64,000 nucleotides of DNA from NCBI RefSeq assembly GCF_016432865.1, contig NC_067401.1, positions 110,112,001-110,176,000 of the forward strand. Reading direction: 5' to 3'. A program made the position numbers and the translations under genes. Shown here piece by piece: positions 1 to 12,239 of this stretch. Position 1 is the first letter of the stretch, and each line of letters starts with the position of its first letter. Origin of the DNA: Antechinus flavipes. Lineage: Eukaryota. The notes below the pieces were generated by a model that did no database searches, was not told the origin of the DNA, and saw nothing but the letters and a program-made list of their open reading frames with translations.

Positions 1-73
1 AGTAGCAGCAACACCACGGAGTGTGTCCCCGTGCCCACATCGGAACACGTGGCGGAGATCGTGGGCAGACAAG
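1..73 (+). CDS. MEX3A: MEX3A coding exon 1, 3' part (start of KH1); truncated by window edge
   Basis: Frame 1 reads SSSNTTECVPVPTSEHVAEIVGRQ-G, the MEX3 KH1 GxxG region; donor CAAG|GTAAGT at 73/74, phase 1. Confidence 0.96.
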
Positions 74-2269
74 GTAAGTGGGGGAAAGGGGGGAGGCACC
101 GGGACCCTGCCATCCCCGCCTGCTCCCCTCCCGCCCATTCCAGCATCCTTCTCCCGGGCCGGGAAAAGTTCATTCCCCCCTTACCAGTCCCTAGCTCCAT
201 CCCTTCACCACAAAGGGGGACCTGCCTCCGCCCCCAATTTCCAAGTGACATAAAGTTCCCTTCTGATCCCCATTGGGATCGTTCCGGGAGCACCCCCTAG
301 ATTCTCCCCTAAGACAAAGAAATACTAACAACAAGGGAGTCGGGTTTAGTGGTCTCGCTACCCAGACTGGATTCTCAGAGGGGGTGTCCCTTCTGGGCTG
401 GAAACGCTAGTGGAATGTAGGGATAGGCACTCCTTTGCACCTACTCCCCCTTGGCAAGTGGGCGGGGATTAGAGGAGGGGTGCCCAGCAATCGCTCTGGC
501 CCCCTGAGTTACATACTTTTGGGGGAGATGAAGCTTGGGAAGCTGGGACTGGGTGTCTCTTTGTTGGACTGAGTGTTGGAATGGAAGGGGGTGTGGCTGG
601 GGGGGAAGGGCTGGAACCTGGGGGAGGGGCAGGAGAAAGGTGGGGGGGGCATAGACTATAGGAGGTGGGGGCTTCAGAACACCTCTTCACCAAAGTTCCG
701 AGGCTATGTTAGGGGTGGCATGGGGTGGGGGCTCCCTCTAAGGAGGTCCTGGGCCTTGGATCCTGGTCCTGTCCCCCACCCCTCCTCCCTCTCTCCTTCT
801 CTTGCTCTAGCTTTTGTTCTGGGTTGGCAAGCCCAGGGGTGACAGGAGGAGCCTGAGGAGTGGGTTTGCTGCGGGTGGAGTGAAAAAATGGGGGTTCTGG
901 GAAGCGAGAGCTAGAAACCGATGTCTGGAGTGATTGGACTCCGGGGAGGAGTTGAACCTGAGCTGGGGGGTCGATTTGCAGAATCAATCTAGTGTTATGT
1001 GTCTCTACCACACCCTCCTCTCTAGCATCCCTAAGCTGAGAGTTGGGAGGCAGAAAGAGTCCCAGAATGAGCAAACAGGGGTCTTGGGGGATCCTTCCTT
1101 CTGCAGGTTTTCCTCTGGGAGGGAGGGGGTGGATCTGGAAATTGCAGAGAGACTTTGATGAGAAAGGGGGAAGGAGAGGAGGTGGGGCTGTCCCATCCTT
1201 GGAAACAATGGAGGGGTAGGATTCTGACTGGGAGCTGGAGTGGGGTGGCAAAAGGACTAGAGTCCTGTTTAGTCCTTATTTTTAAAAACTCCACCCTTGG
1301 AGCATGAGGGCTTAAAAGGAGATTGTGGTGGAGAACTAAGTAAAAGTAAGAAGTCTCTTTTCATCCCACCCTCCCCAGACCAGGTGCTATTTCTTTGGGA
1401 ATGCTTGTTTAGAAAGTTGAATTTTCTGTTTTCTTCAAAACAGAGAAATCCTGAAAAGTGAGATTGTAGGTCTGGAAAGCTGACATTTTTTCAGACAGAG
1501 GAAATTTTGAGAAGCTCCCCAGACTGACTGGATCCCCATGAGATTTTTTTTTGTCTCTTTTCTCTATGTCATATGGGCAAATTCTCAAGTTGAACTAGGG
1601 GAAAGTCTCCGATTCTGAAAGGATAGGGGATTCACTCAACCCCATGATAGTAATACTTCCCGTCAGTCTAACCTCCATCCCTCCTGCTGTAGTACTAATC
1701 CCTTCCAGTCTGTCTTGAACGGAACCAAAGGGAGTCTTCACATCCAAAAAATTCTCTTCTTGTGGTATATTTCTTTGCATCTTCTCAGCTAGTCAGTCCC
1801 CCACCCACCCTTGCCGGCTTCCGAGTCCCAGGATTTCTACCTCTTGTTCTCAAATCATCCTTGTTTCTTCTTCTTTCCCTAGACCTTTTTGTAAGGTGTC
1901 TAATCACACTGAATGTTCTATATCCCAAACTTGGATACAGGTGTTCCTTCTGAGGTATTTGCAGCCATCTCACTGCCTCTGAGCAGAGGTGCTGAGGAAG
2001 GAAACCTTTGACCATTCCCCAGGTCTCTCAAATACAGAATAAATAACTATGGATAATGAAGTGAGAGGGATAGGGAGATCAGTAGCAAGTGGGTAGAAAG
2101 GATAAAGAAGACTATTTTCTAGTCTTCCTATTCAAACTAGCTTGTAGGAGGAGACTGTCTGGAATAGGACACAGGAAGACAGAAAAACTGTGGACTAGGG
2201 TTGTGGGAGAACCCAGTAAATAGGAGATAATCAATAACCTTGATCTAGGGTTGTAAGTTAAAGAGTCAA

Positions 2270-2560
2270 GTCAAGAAATGTTTATTAAATGCTCCGATGT
2301 GCTAGGTACTGTGCTAAGCTCTGAAAAATACAAAGAACGGTAAAGGACAGTCTGCTCTCAAGAAGCTCCCACACTAATGGGAAAGACAACATGCAAACAA
2401 ACTGTAGACAAGGTAGATTGTAGGTAACCCGGAGTGGGGGGGAGGACCTAGCTTTAAGAGGAATTGGAAAAGTTGTCTGGCAGGAAATGAGAGTTTAGCT
2501 GGGACCTGAAGGAAGCCAGGGAAGGCAGGAGGTAGAGATTAGGAGGGAAACAATTGAAAG
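2270..2560 (-). mobile_element. Old L2/MIR-type fragment in MEX3A intron
   Basis: tttattaaatgctccgatgtgctaggtactgtgctaag...ctctcaagaagctc resembles the antisense L2 3' end. Confidence 0.6.
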
Positions 2561-3108
2561 CATGGGGGAACAGCCAGTGGAAAGTCTGGGAAAGTCAAGG
2601 TAGGAGAAAAAGGGTTCCTAGGGTATATTTGAGGTCCATGAAGTTCAGAAAACAGAGTGCACCAATTTATGGGAAATGTTCTGTGTTTGCATTGGGATGG
2701 GGAAGGATGTGGATGTATCTAAGGTGTGTGGATGTTGTATGTAACAGGAGTGTTTATGAAAGTGTCTTTTGGCTTTATCTTAAAAACACAGTTGATAACT
2801 GTAGGTTGTTTGAACATGTATATTTTGTATGTATATGTTTGTATGAGGGATTGGGGGGTGAATTTTGGATCTGTGTACATGTGTGTTTGTGTATTTGTCA
2901 GTGATATTGAGTGTGTGTGTAGCTTGCCAGCTGATATAGTGAACTGTTTGTGATTTGTGTAGGGGACTAAGGAAGCATTCCTGTCTGAGTTGTTCATATC
3001 AAGTGTCCTGTTTGTTCCCCGTGGATCCATAAGATACACATGGAAAAGAGAGGAGATAAGATTCTCTAGTCCTCTAGTGGGGGTGGGCTCTTAGTTTAGG
3101 TGCCCACT

Positions 3109-3111
<3 letters not shown>

Positions 3112-3152
<41 letters not shown>
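3112..3152. repeat. (CA)n microsatellite
   Basis: Perfect CA run of about 20 units. Confidence 0.97.
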
Positions 3153-3154
<2 letters not shown>

Positions 3155-3559
3155 TCCTTTGCATCTCCCTCTTTGTCTCTGCCTTTCTCTTGTTCTCCCT
3201 GTTTTGTGCCCACCCTCACAGCTGTAACACTTCTCACCTAGCCCAAAAAGCTGAAGAGTTGCAGGAGAGCCATCTACCTTACTTTCCCCCTACCACACAT
3301 ACATATATCCTGGCCCCTGCTCCTCTCCTCTCATCTTTCTTTGTGGGGGAGGAGGAAGGGGACAGGAATTATATGTCCAAGATAACATCTTTTATCACTT
3401 CTCCCATTTCTCTATAACTGGTTCTAGGCTCATCTCTTTCCTCTGCTTGCTCTGTTTATTTCTACAAACTATATGGATTTGAGAACAGACAGGAGCCAGG
3501 GCTAAATTGAAAAAGTAACAGGACTGGAGTAGACAAAGATCAGCAGAGGGAGACAGTGA

Positions 3560-4420
3560 ATCTATTGGGGAGAGTGTCTGAGTAGATTCCAAGGGGTCTT
3601 TCGTTGGATTGGAGGTCAGTAGGTAGTTTGGGGCATCAATGGGTGAATATAGGAGGTTAATAGATTTTTAGAGGCTCGTTGAACAGGATTGGGGGACTAA
3701 CAGGTAGACTGGAGGATCAGTAAATAGATTAAGTGTCAGAAGTAGATGGGAGAACCAGGTAGATTAGAGGCTCAATGAAAGGTCTGGAGGGGTATTAGGT
3801 AGATTGGGAGCCAGCAAGTAAACTGATTTGGAAGTTTTGAGTATTTTAGGGGACAAAGAATAGATTGGAAGCTGATGTGTGTGGATATTTATAGTTGATG
3901 AGTAGATTTGGAATTAGTGAATATTTGGGGATCATTAGATAGATTGGGAGTCATTAAATAGGTTGAAGGTTGATTGGGGACCCATTGTGAAACTTGAAGG
4001 ATCAGTGAGTATTCATCAAGGCTTAATTAGTAACCTTTGGTGGATTAGTGGGTATATTCTGAGACGGTCAGTATGTGGATTTTGAATCTGGTGGATCTGT
4101 GAGTAATTTGAGAAAACAGTGAATATATATTAAAGTCATTAGGAAAATTAAGTAGGTGGGTAGTCTTGGAGGATCATTGAATGGATCAGGGACTCAGTGA
4201 CAGTTTAGAAAATATAGACAGTTTAGAAAGGTAGTGACCTTTCACTAAATGAACTTAGGAGGTCATTGGTTAGGTGAGGGTTAATTAGTAGATTGGAAAG
4301 ATGGGTCAAATTGTCTTTGGGAAGAGTAAATAGATTGGGGATCTTTGAATGGATTAGGAGAGACTATAGCTGTATTGGGGACAAATAAAAATATTAAGTA
4401 GTCATTACCTATTAGGTGGT
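3560..4420. repeat. Degenerate purine-rich minisatellite, unit about 20 bp
   Basis: Recurrent GATTGG-GGATCAGT-RTAGA motifs, e.g. gactggaggatcagtaaatagatt and gattggaggtcagtaggtag. Confidence 0.55.
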
Positions 4421-4507
4421 CTCTTCTTGGCCCAGATTAATCCAAATTTTCTGTCTTAATAAGGTCTCCTACATTTCCTCTCTACTCTCTCTTTCCTTTC
4501 CCGCTAG

Positions 4508-5637
4508 GCTGCAAGATAAAGGCACTACGAGCAAAGACCAACACCTACATCAAGACACCTGTCCGAGGCGAGGAGCCAGTCTTTATGGTGACAGGACGCC
4601 GGGAGGATGTGGCTACTGCCCGACGGGAGATCATTTCGGCAGCCGAGCACTTCTCCATGATCCGGGCCTCCCGAAACAAGTCAGGGGCTGCCTTCGGCGT
4701 AGCCCCGGCTCTGCCTGGCCAGGTCACTATCCGGGTCCGAGTGCCATATCGTGTGGTGGGGTTAGTGGTAGGGCCCAAGGGGGCCACCATCAAGCGGATC
4801 CAGCAGCAGACTAACACCTACATCATCACGCCCAGCCGGGACCGAGACCCTGTCTTTGAAATCACCGGCGCCCCGGGCAATGTGGAAAGAGCCCGGGAGG
4901 AGATTGAGACCCACATTGCTGTTCGCACTGGCAAGATTCTTGAATACAACAATGAGAATGACTTTCTGTCTGGTAGCCCGGACCCTGCTCTGGAGAGCCG
5001 CTATTCTGAGGCCTGGAGAGTCCATCCCCCAGGGTGCAAACCCCTTTCCACCTTCCGACAGAACAGCCTGGGTTGTATTGGGGAGTGTGGTGTTGAGTCA
5101 GGATTCGAGGCACCGCGGCTTGGAGAACAAGGGGGTGACTTTAGCTATGGTGGCTACCTGTTTCCCGGCTATGGGGTTGGCAAGCAAGATGTGTACTACA
5201 GCGTGGCTGAGAGCAGTCCTCCCCTCTGGGCTGGCCAGGAGAATGCCACCCCCACCTCCGTCCTTTTTTCCTCTGCTTCCTCTTCTTCCTCCTCTTCAGC
5301 CAAGGCCCGGGCTGGTCCCCCAGGGTCGCACCGCTCGCCGGCCCCAGCATCAGCATCCTCAGCCGTCCCAGAGCTTGCTGGGCTTCCGAGGCGACCACCT
5401 GGGGAGCCCCTCCAGGGCTTCTCCAAACTTGGGGGTGGTGGGCTGAGGAGCCCAGCGGGAGCAGGGGGCGGGCGAGACTGTATGGTGTGCTTCGAGAGTG
5501 AGGTCACAGCAGCCCTGGTCCCTTGTGGACACAACCTCTTCTGCATGGAGTGTGCTGTACGAATCTGCGAAAGAACTGATCCTGAGTGTCCTGTTTGTCA
5601 CATTACAGCCACACAAGCCATCCGAATATTCTCCTAA
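4508..5637 (+). CDS. MEX3A: MEX3A coding exon 2: rest of KH1, KH2, Ser-rich linker, C-terminal RING finger
   Basis: Acceptor CTAG|GC at 4507/4508 continues G-CKIKALRAKTNTYIKTP; KH2 VVGPKG; RING CMVCFESEVTAALVPCGHNLFCMECAVRICERTDPECPVC; TAA at 5635-5637. Confidence 0.98.
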
Positions 5638-6544
5638 ATACCCTCCCCGGTTTTGGCTTCCCTCCCTGCTTTGGACTGAGTTTTCCACCACGGTCCTTTA
5701 GAAATCGGCAATCTTGTGGGGACAGGGTGTTTGAAGATCCCCGCTTTGGGACTTGGGAGGGGGAAGTCCTATGGGAGTGGGGTAGGACGTGGGTCTTTAT
5801 GCCCTCCCAATGGTCCCATCTTGGGGAGATAAGGGAGGGGCAGATGGGGAATGAATGATGTTCCCTTTGAGAGTTACAACTCTAATACCTCAATAGACCC
5901 TCAAATCTGGAAGCAGCTAAGAGAACCTTTTATATTTTGCTGGGGGCAAGAGTTTTCACCCCATCTCGTCACTCCATTCCTTCCCTCCCTTCACTAAGTC
6001 ACCCTTCCCCTTTTCTTGGTGATTGTTGGGAAGACAGGGAATGGAAAGTAAAGATGCCATCTGAAATTTGGAAGGGCTACAAAACCCCTAGAGCCCAGAA
6101 TGCTTTAATTCCCCTAATCCATAATTCCAAACCTTCAGCCTCTGACCTCTTAATCTACCCTAACTCTTGTCACCTTTTCCCACCCCTAGCATCCAAAAGA
6201 CACACATAAATTTAGGCAATCTAAACTCCCGGGCCTTTCCTGCCATCCTACTTTGGATGAATTTCCTTTTTGGATAGGGCAGACGGGAAAACCTCTCATA
6301 AGAAGTTCCATCTCTCCCCTCTTCTCTTTTAGAGAATTGTTGGAGAGAAAGGAATAATGGGAGGCTAGGGTTTGGAAATTACACTATCCCCTACAATAAG
6401 CACCAAGAGGAACAAGTGGGGATATTCTCTGTCTCTCTTAGCTCTTACTTTCATATACTTGTCCTTTTCTCTCTAGTCTCTATAATTATTGTTTCTCCTT
6501 CCACTCTTCATTTGTGCTGTATTTCTGTTTGCTCCTATCTCCCC

Positions 6545-6673
6545 TTGTCACTCTCTGTTCTCTGTCATACTTTCTCTCCTGTCTCTTTGTCACTCTCTGT
6601 TCTCTGTCATACTTTCTCTCCTGTCTCTTTGTCACTCTCTGTTCTCTGTCATACTTTCTCTCCTGTCTCTTTG
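6545..6673. repeat. Three perfect copies of a 42-bp CT-rich unit
   Basis: TTGTCACTCTCTGTTCTCTGTCATACTTTCTCTCCTGTCTCT at 6545, 6587 and 6629. Confidence 0.97.
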
Positions 6674-7718
6674 AGCTTCCTTTCCTTCTATACCCTATCA
6701 TCTCTCTCTCTCTCTCCTCCTTTCCCTTCTCCTTCCTTCCCTTTCTTCTGGTTAAACTCAGCTTTTGGGAAGCCATGTTCCTCTGGAGGGAGTTGGGGGA
6801 AGGTGGGAGCGCGCCTCAATGACTCTTTCACATTCACATTTACTAGATCTCACCAACTGCCTTCCATTCCCAGCCCCACCCACCCCCCAGCCTCCACCTC
6901 TTTCTCCTTACAAAGGAAACACTGAATGCCCAAGAGAACCTAACCCTGCTCTCTTCGGCATCAGCAGGCATCTGAGGGGCATTGGGGGAGGCACCTGCAC
7001 TCCTTGACCATCTGTTGGCATTAAATTTGTGTATCTGTTGTGTGTGGGGGGGTATTCATCTGAGGGGAATGATTGGTTGGCAGGAGCACGGATGGGGAAG
7101 GAATGAAAGCTGATGCCCCCAGAGTTGGGGATCCTAATTGTTCTGTGACCTGGTAGGGGCAGAAAACTGGGTGGAGGGACAAGAGTGAGAGCCCTACCCA
7201 GTTGTGGGAATATGTGCCCCTGCCATTTTTCTATCTTCATTCATTATGCTAATCTCAGAACCTTCCGTCCAATAGTTTGGGTGTTGAAAGGTGACCCGAA
7301 GAGGGGGCCACGCAGGATTAGTTGGGGAGGGGACTTCTCACTGAGAGCTGTTCTGAGGGTTATCCGGTTGGAAGTGAGGGTTTGATACATCACCTTTTCC
7401 CTTCCCTCAGTGCCCATATCAGGGCTACTGTTGACCTCTTGACACTCCCCTAGTTCTGCTGGCCAGGCTGGGGAAGGAGCAGGAGGGGAAGAGTCCTAGA
7501 TGAACCCAGAGACTCTTGTACTTAATAGGGTGGGACTGTTGAGTGATCTCTAAGCACTTAGAGAGAATGTGAATCCCATTCTTCCTGCTTTGTAAGGAGG
7601 TAGAGAGATAGAGAGGCAGGGAGAAACTCCTTTCTCCCCTTCTCCCTATCATGAATTAACTCATCATCTTCCTCCTCTCCCCTTTCCTTCCCCAAGTCAG
7701 GGAAGGGAAAGGAATAAG

Positions 7719-7789
<71 letters not shown>
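7719..7789. repeat. Compound (AT)n/(GT)n microsatellite
   Basis: Directly visible. Confidence 0.95.
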
Positions 7790-7794
<5 letters not shown>

Positions 7795-8111
7795 CCATAC
7801 TGTGATAACTTCCATCCTTCTCATTGTCATGAGCCATCCCAAGATGCGTCTGTACAATAGCAACCAAAACCAAATTGGGACCCTCCGTTGTCGAGGGTGG
7901 GGGATGGGAGGGAGGGGTGGGAAGAAGGGCTGTCTGTCTCCACCCCTTGCCCCCTTCCATTCCTTATCCCATAAAGGCAGAAGACTGTTAATCTAGAGAG
8001 CTCGAAAAACTCAATCCAGCCCCCCTACTTCTCGAGCTAAACCTAGAAACAAACTTAAACGCAGAGTGAGACAAAAGAGGAGAGGCAGGAGAGCAAGTGA
8101 GAGAGGTGTCC

Positions 8112-8365
8112 NNNNNNNNNNNNNNNNNNNNNNNNNNNNNNNNNNNNNNNNNNNNNNNNNNNNNNNNNNNNNNNNNNNNNNNNNNNNNNNNNNNNNNNNN
8201 NNNNNNNNNNNNNNNNNNNNNNNNNNNNNNNNNNNNNNNNNNNNNNNNNNNNNNNNNNNNNNNNNNNNNNNNNNNNNNNNNNNNNNNNNNNNNNNNNNNN
8301 NNNNNNNNNNNNNNNNNNNNNNNNNNNNNNNNNNNNNNNNNNNNNNNNNNNNNNNNNNNNNNNNN
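8112..8365. other. Assembly gap (254 N)
   Basis: Run of N. Confidence 1.
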
Positions 8366-10740
8366 ATTTGTATTCAGAGTTAAAGCTTAAAAAGTGTTTT
8401 TAATATATGTTTGGGTTTATGTTCCTTTTTCTTTTCCCCAATTTTTTCAGGGGGTGGGGTATGTCATTTGGTTTTCCAGAAGGTGTTTCAGAGGTGTTTA
8501 AAGCAGGCCTGATCCCTCCCAAAACCTGGGAGAGAGGAGGCAGGGGAGAAAGTAAGGTTGAGGAATTAATCCCCTCTCCTTGGCCATTCTTCTGGGAGAG
8601 TCACCAATAGGTGCAGATGATTCACTTTCATTCAGTGAGCTCTCCCAGCCCCATATCTCCCCTCCACCTCTCTATTGGGGCTAGCCAGGCTGAGCCAGAC
8701 AAAGTAGGGGATGAACAAGAAATAGAGAATGAGAGGATGGGGAACTCTCCACTGTACCCCCACACTCTGAGGGGGTTATGGGAACAATGTAGAAAAGGAG
8801 GGGATCCTGCCCTGGGGGGCGGGACCCTGAATGAGGGAGAAAGGTGAGAAGATTCAAGAGAAATAGACTTTTTTTTTTAACCAAAAAATGAGAGAAGAAA
8901 GAAGTCGAGGGGTTTAAAAGAAAAAAATTACTACAAAATAATAATTATTAATAATAATTCAAATTTATTTCATATAATCCTAGAGAAAAAAGAGAGAGAG
9001 AATTACTAGTTACTGAGTAGATGATATACAGATAGCTTAAAGTTTAGTAGCATTGAGGACCTCTGGGTCCAGTAGAATGTATAAAAGACGTAAAGAAACG
9101 GAAAATAGAGAAGGAGGGAGAGGTGGCCATGTCTACCCTGAGTCCCTCCCCTCTTCAGATACCCAGTGGGGACAGTTTCCTGGCTAGACTTAGGACTTCT
9201 GGGGGGGAGGGTGGGGAAGGGAGGGAGTTAATTCCGAAAATTCCTGTTTTCCATTTGCAGGGTAAATTGGGGTTTGGAGGTAAAGGAGTTTTGGAGGCTC
9301 CTTGGAAGAATAGACACTGATTTTGGAACTAGATGAGACAGGACTAGATGAGGAGCACAGGGGAGGCAATTCTTTAGTTTTTTTCTTCACTCTTCTAGTC
9401 CCCCACCCCTGAAATTAATGGAGGGACTATTGGGTCCTGCTCTCTGTTCCCACATTTGGCAAGCAATTACATTAGCCCATTCCAAAAGGATCTTTTTTCT
9501 CCTTGATCTTGTAAGAAGAGAATGCTAACATAACTTCGAAAGTGGAAAGTCCTGAAAGTTTGACCTCCATCCCACTTGCTTTAGACTCTTTCCCCACTAT
9601 ATCACATCTCCTCCTCCCTATCCCCACCTGTCCATCTATCATAGTCCTGAAGGTTTCATTTCCGGGCTTGGTAGATCATCTCCCATCCCACCTTTGTCTT
9701 GTGAAATCCAAGGAACTTCAAAGTTCCACTGGGTCTGGAATGACTTTTCTCCCCAGATCCTTGCCTGATCCACACCCAGACTCCCTAAAATAAGTCAACA
9801 CTGCAATAAAAGGAATGGATGTTAAATTTTTAGGAAGGACTTCTGATTGGGTCTTAGGCTTAAGGTCTCCTTCCCTAATGATACCCACATCCTGGGCTGA
9901 ACCAGAGCCAAATGGTACAGAAGCAGGTGAAGGGCAGTAATCACTTCAGAAGGACCCTGTCACCCCTCTCTGATTCAGCAATATCCACAAATCTTTAAGT
10001 TGAGATGTCAGAGGAATGAGCCAGTTTGGGGAAGCAAGTGTTGCTTCCTTAATCTCAAAGATACCTTCACCTTGCCTCCCAAAGTAGGGGCCCTGGCTCT
10101 TTTAACCTTTTGAGACTTGCATCAAGGAGGAAACTGATTTCTTTAGTACTTGCCTCCCCTCAACCCCCCAATCAAATCAGGCCCCTTCCCTCCCTTCCTC
10201 TTCCACCACAGGAAGAATTCCCCCTTCCCAGGATGGGGTTAGGTGAAGGAGTAGCCCTGTCTCTCTCTGTGCCCTGAGAGGGAAGGGAGGGATTCTGGGT
10301 TGCTCCTCATGGCCCAGATTCACACATCCCCATCTCCACTTTCCCATTTATTCCATCCTTTCCACCAGGAACAGATTTTCCATCCACTCTGTGCTATGTA
10401 TCCTGGGAACCTCCAATAATTTGGGATGGTAAGATTTTTACTCCCAGGACAGGGGGAGGGGATGTCTTCCCACTGTAGAATGTAGAAGTAGGATTGTGGT
10501 CAGACTTAATTTGAGGCATCTAGGGAAGACAAGAATTCATATTTGCGAAGGAAAAAGGAAACAAATAGGGGCAAAATAAAAAAAAAAAAAAACATGAATA
10601 ATGGAGTCAGGACGATGTTGCACAAAATGCAGAGAAACCAAGAAAGGGGTGGGGAGTTAGTGTGTTAAATGTGCTATTAAGAACTTAATTTTATTAAAAT
10701 TATTATTACTTAAAGATCCTGCCTCTTTTCTGCTCCAACA

Positions 10741-10742
<2 letters not shown>

Positions 10743-10778
<36 letters not shown>
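10743..10778. repeat. (GT)n microsatellite
   Basis: Directly visible, just downstream of the MEX3A polyA signal. Confidence 0.95.
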
Positions 10779-10779
<1 letters not shown>

Positions 10780-11714
10780 TTTAGTGAAGAGGGCAGGGAA
10801 AACAACTTGAGGAGTGGGTTCTGACTACATTTTGGTTTCCTCCCTTGTCTTTCTGTGGGGACCCCTTGTCTCCCAATGGGATTTTGCTCTCTCTCACTCC
10901 CCCCCCCCTTCTTTCTTTCTCTCCTTGCCCTCCCTTTAGACGGCTAAGTAGTTAATGGTCCTCATCAGCTTTCTTCCCAATTCCAACCTGTAGAGAAGAC
11001 TTTAATGTACCAAAAGACATTTGGACACAGTGAGCCCTATCTTCCAGACACCTGGTCCAGCTTCTTCCAGGATCCCTTCAGGGACACAAGATTGACTACT
11101 TGGGGGAGAAACAGAAGGAGATGGAGCACAGTGATTAATCCCACGTGCACCAAAGCTGTCAGCGCACCTTTTTATTATTGAGGAAAAAAGTGTCCTGCCT
11201 CCTGAACTTCCTTCCCCCTAAAGATAAGGGCCTAGGTTTTCCATCTGGCTCCTTTTCCCTCCTTGCCATCTCCAGCTGGGGTTTAAGGTGCCTGGCCCCC
11301 TGGAACCCTCTTCTCTACTCCTCCCACTGCTGTATAGGTGACCTCAGCTCTTGGCACCAATGCCCAGGGCACCAGATGGTTCCTGCCAACGCTGTTTCCT
11401 TTGTCTTGCCTTCTAGGTCCCCTTCCCTCCTCCCTCCCACCTGCCCTGAGGGTTGGCAGAGGGGAGGGTGGGCACCTCCCCGCCTCCTTGGCACCATCCC
11501 CAGACCATAGGACTCCAGAGACAGCTGGCACTGGGGGACAGCAGGCTCAAGGGGAGGAAGACAAAGGCTGGGGGCTTCAAAGAAAAGACTTTAGGGAGGG
11601 GTCTTGAACTAGACAGAGAAGGAAGGATGCCGAAGACCCATGGGTGGGTGGGAGGAGAGGGGGAAGGGACAAATACAAGGGAAGAGCAACAGGTGGCCCT
11701 TGTTACAAAACAGT

Positions 11715-11720
11715 TTTATT
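11715..11720 (-). terminator. RAB25: RAB25 polyadenylation signal AATAAA
   Basis: TTTATT on + strand about 390 nt downstream of the RAB25 stop. Confidence 0.7.
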
Positions 11721-12111
11721 GGTTGGATCTTGTGGGAGTGGGGCACTGCTGGGAGGGTTCAAGGGAACACAGCAAAAAAAGCAGGCAACAGAATCCTGGA
11801 TTCCTAGGTAAATGAGAGCAAAGTGCTTAGGGCCAGCTGATCTCAAAGGGCACAGAAATATCCCAGAAGCTTGTTAATCTTGTGTAGAGGAAGGGGACAT
11901 ACAGAAATAATAGGGAAGGGGTGTGAAATTAGGTTATAGAAACTCCCCTAACAGTCCAAGAAAGTGGTCAGTCACAGACCAAGAATGCCTTTCTAGACAC
12001 TTGGGTCCCCCCCTCATTTTGTAGGGCTGAGACTCATGGGGAAAGTATGATAAGAAATTCAGATCAAACAAGAGAAGCTTCAGGACATGGTACTCGGGTC
12101 ACTGGCTGGCT

Positions 12112-12239
12112 TCAGAGGCTGATACAGCAAGCCTTCTTCTCTTCAGATCCCAGCTCTTGGCCAGGCTGAGCACTGCCCAGAGTGATCGCATTGGCACGGG
12201 CATTGTTCTGCCGCTGCTTGGACACCTTGGTGAAGATCT
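12112..12239 (-). CDS. RAB25: RAB25 exon 5 (C-terminus, CCxxx prenylation motif)
   Basis: Acceptor ttcccag|AG; IFTKVSKQRQNNARANAITLGSAQPGQELGSEEKKACCISL*; 128 nt. Confidence 0.96.

Larger units (their letters stand above)
5638..10715 (+). other. MEX3A: MEX3A long 3'UTR (about 5 kb, inferred end)
   Basis: No exon or gene before RAB25; ATTAAA at 10693-10698 with (GT)n downstream; MEX3A is known to have a multi-kb 3'UTR. The end point is inferred. Confidence 0.6.

Noticed and set aside
23-1294. Multiple ORFs and G-run (G4-like) tracts at the start of the MEX3A intron
   Set aside because: The ORFs are stop-poor G/C-rich artefacts or read-through of exon 1. G-runs are common in GC-rich first introns, and I see no specific structure
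4416-5691. Alternative-frame and antisense ORFs over MEX3A exon 2
   Set aside because: Shadow frames of a GC-rich coding exon with no recognisable domains
6545-6673. 42-bp repeats as a possible CRISPR array
   Set aside because: The copies are directly adjacent with no spacers; this is a eukaryotic VNTR
8066-8390. ORFs spanning X residues
   Set aside because: Artefact of the N gap
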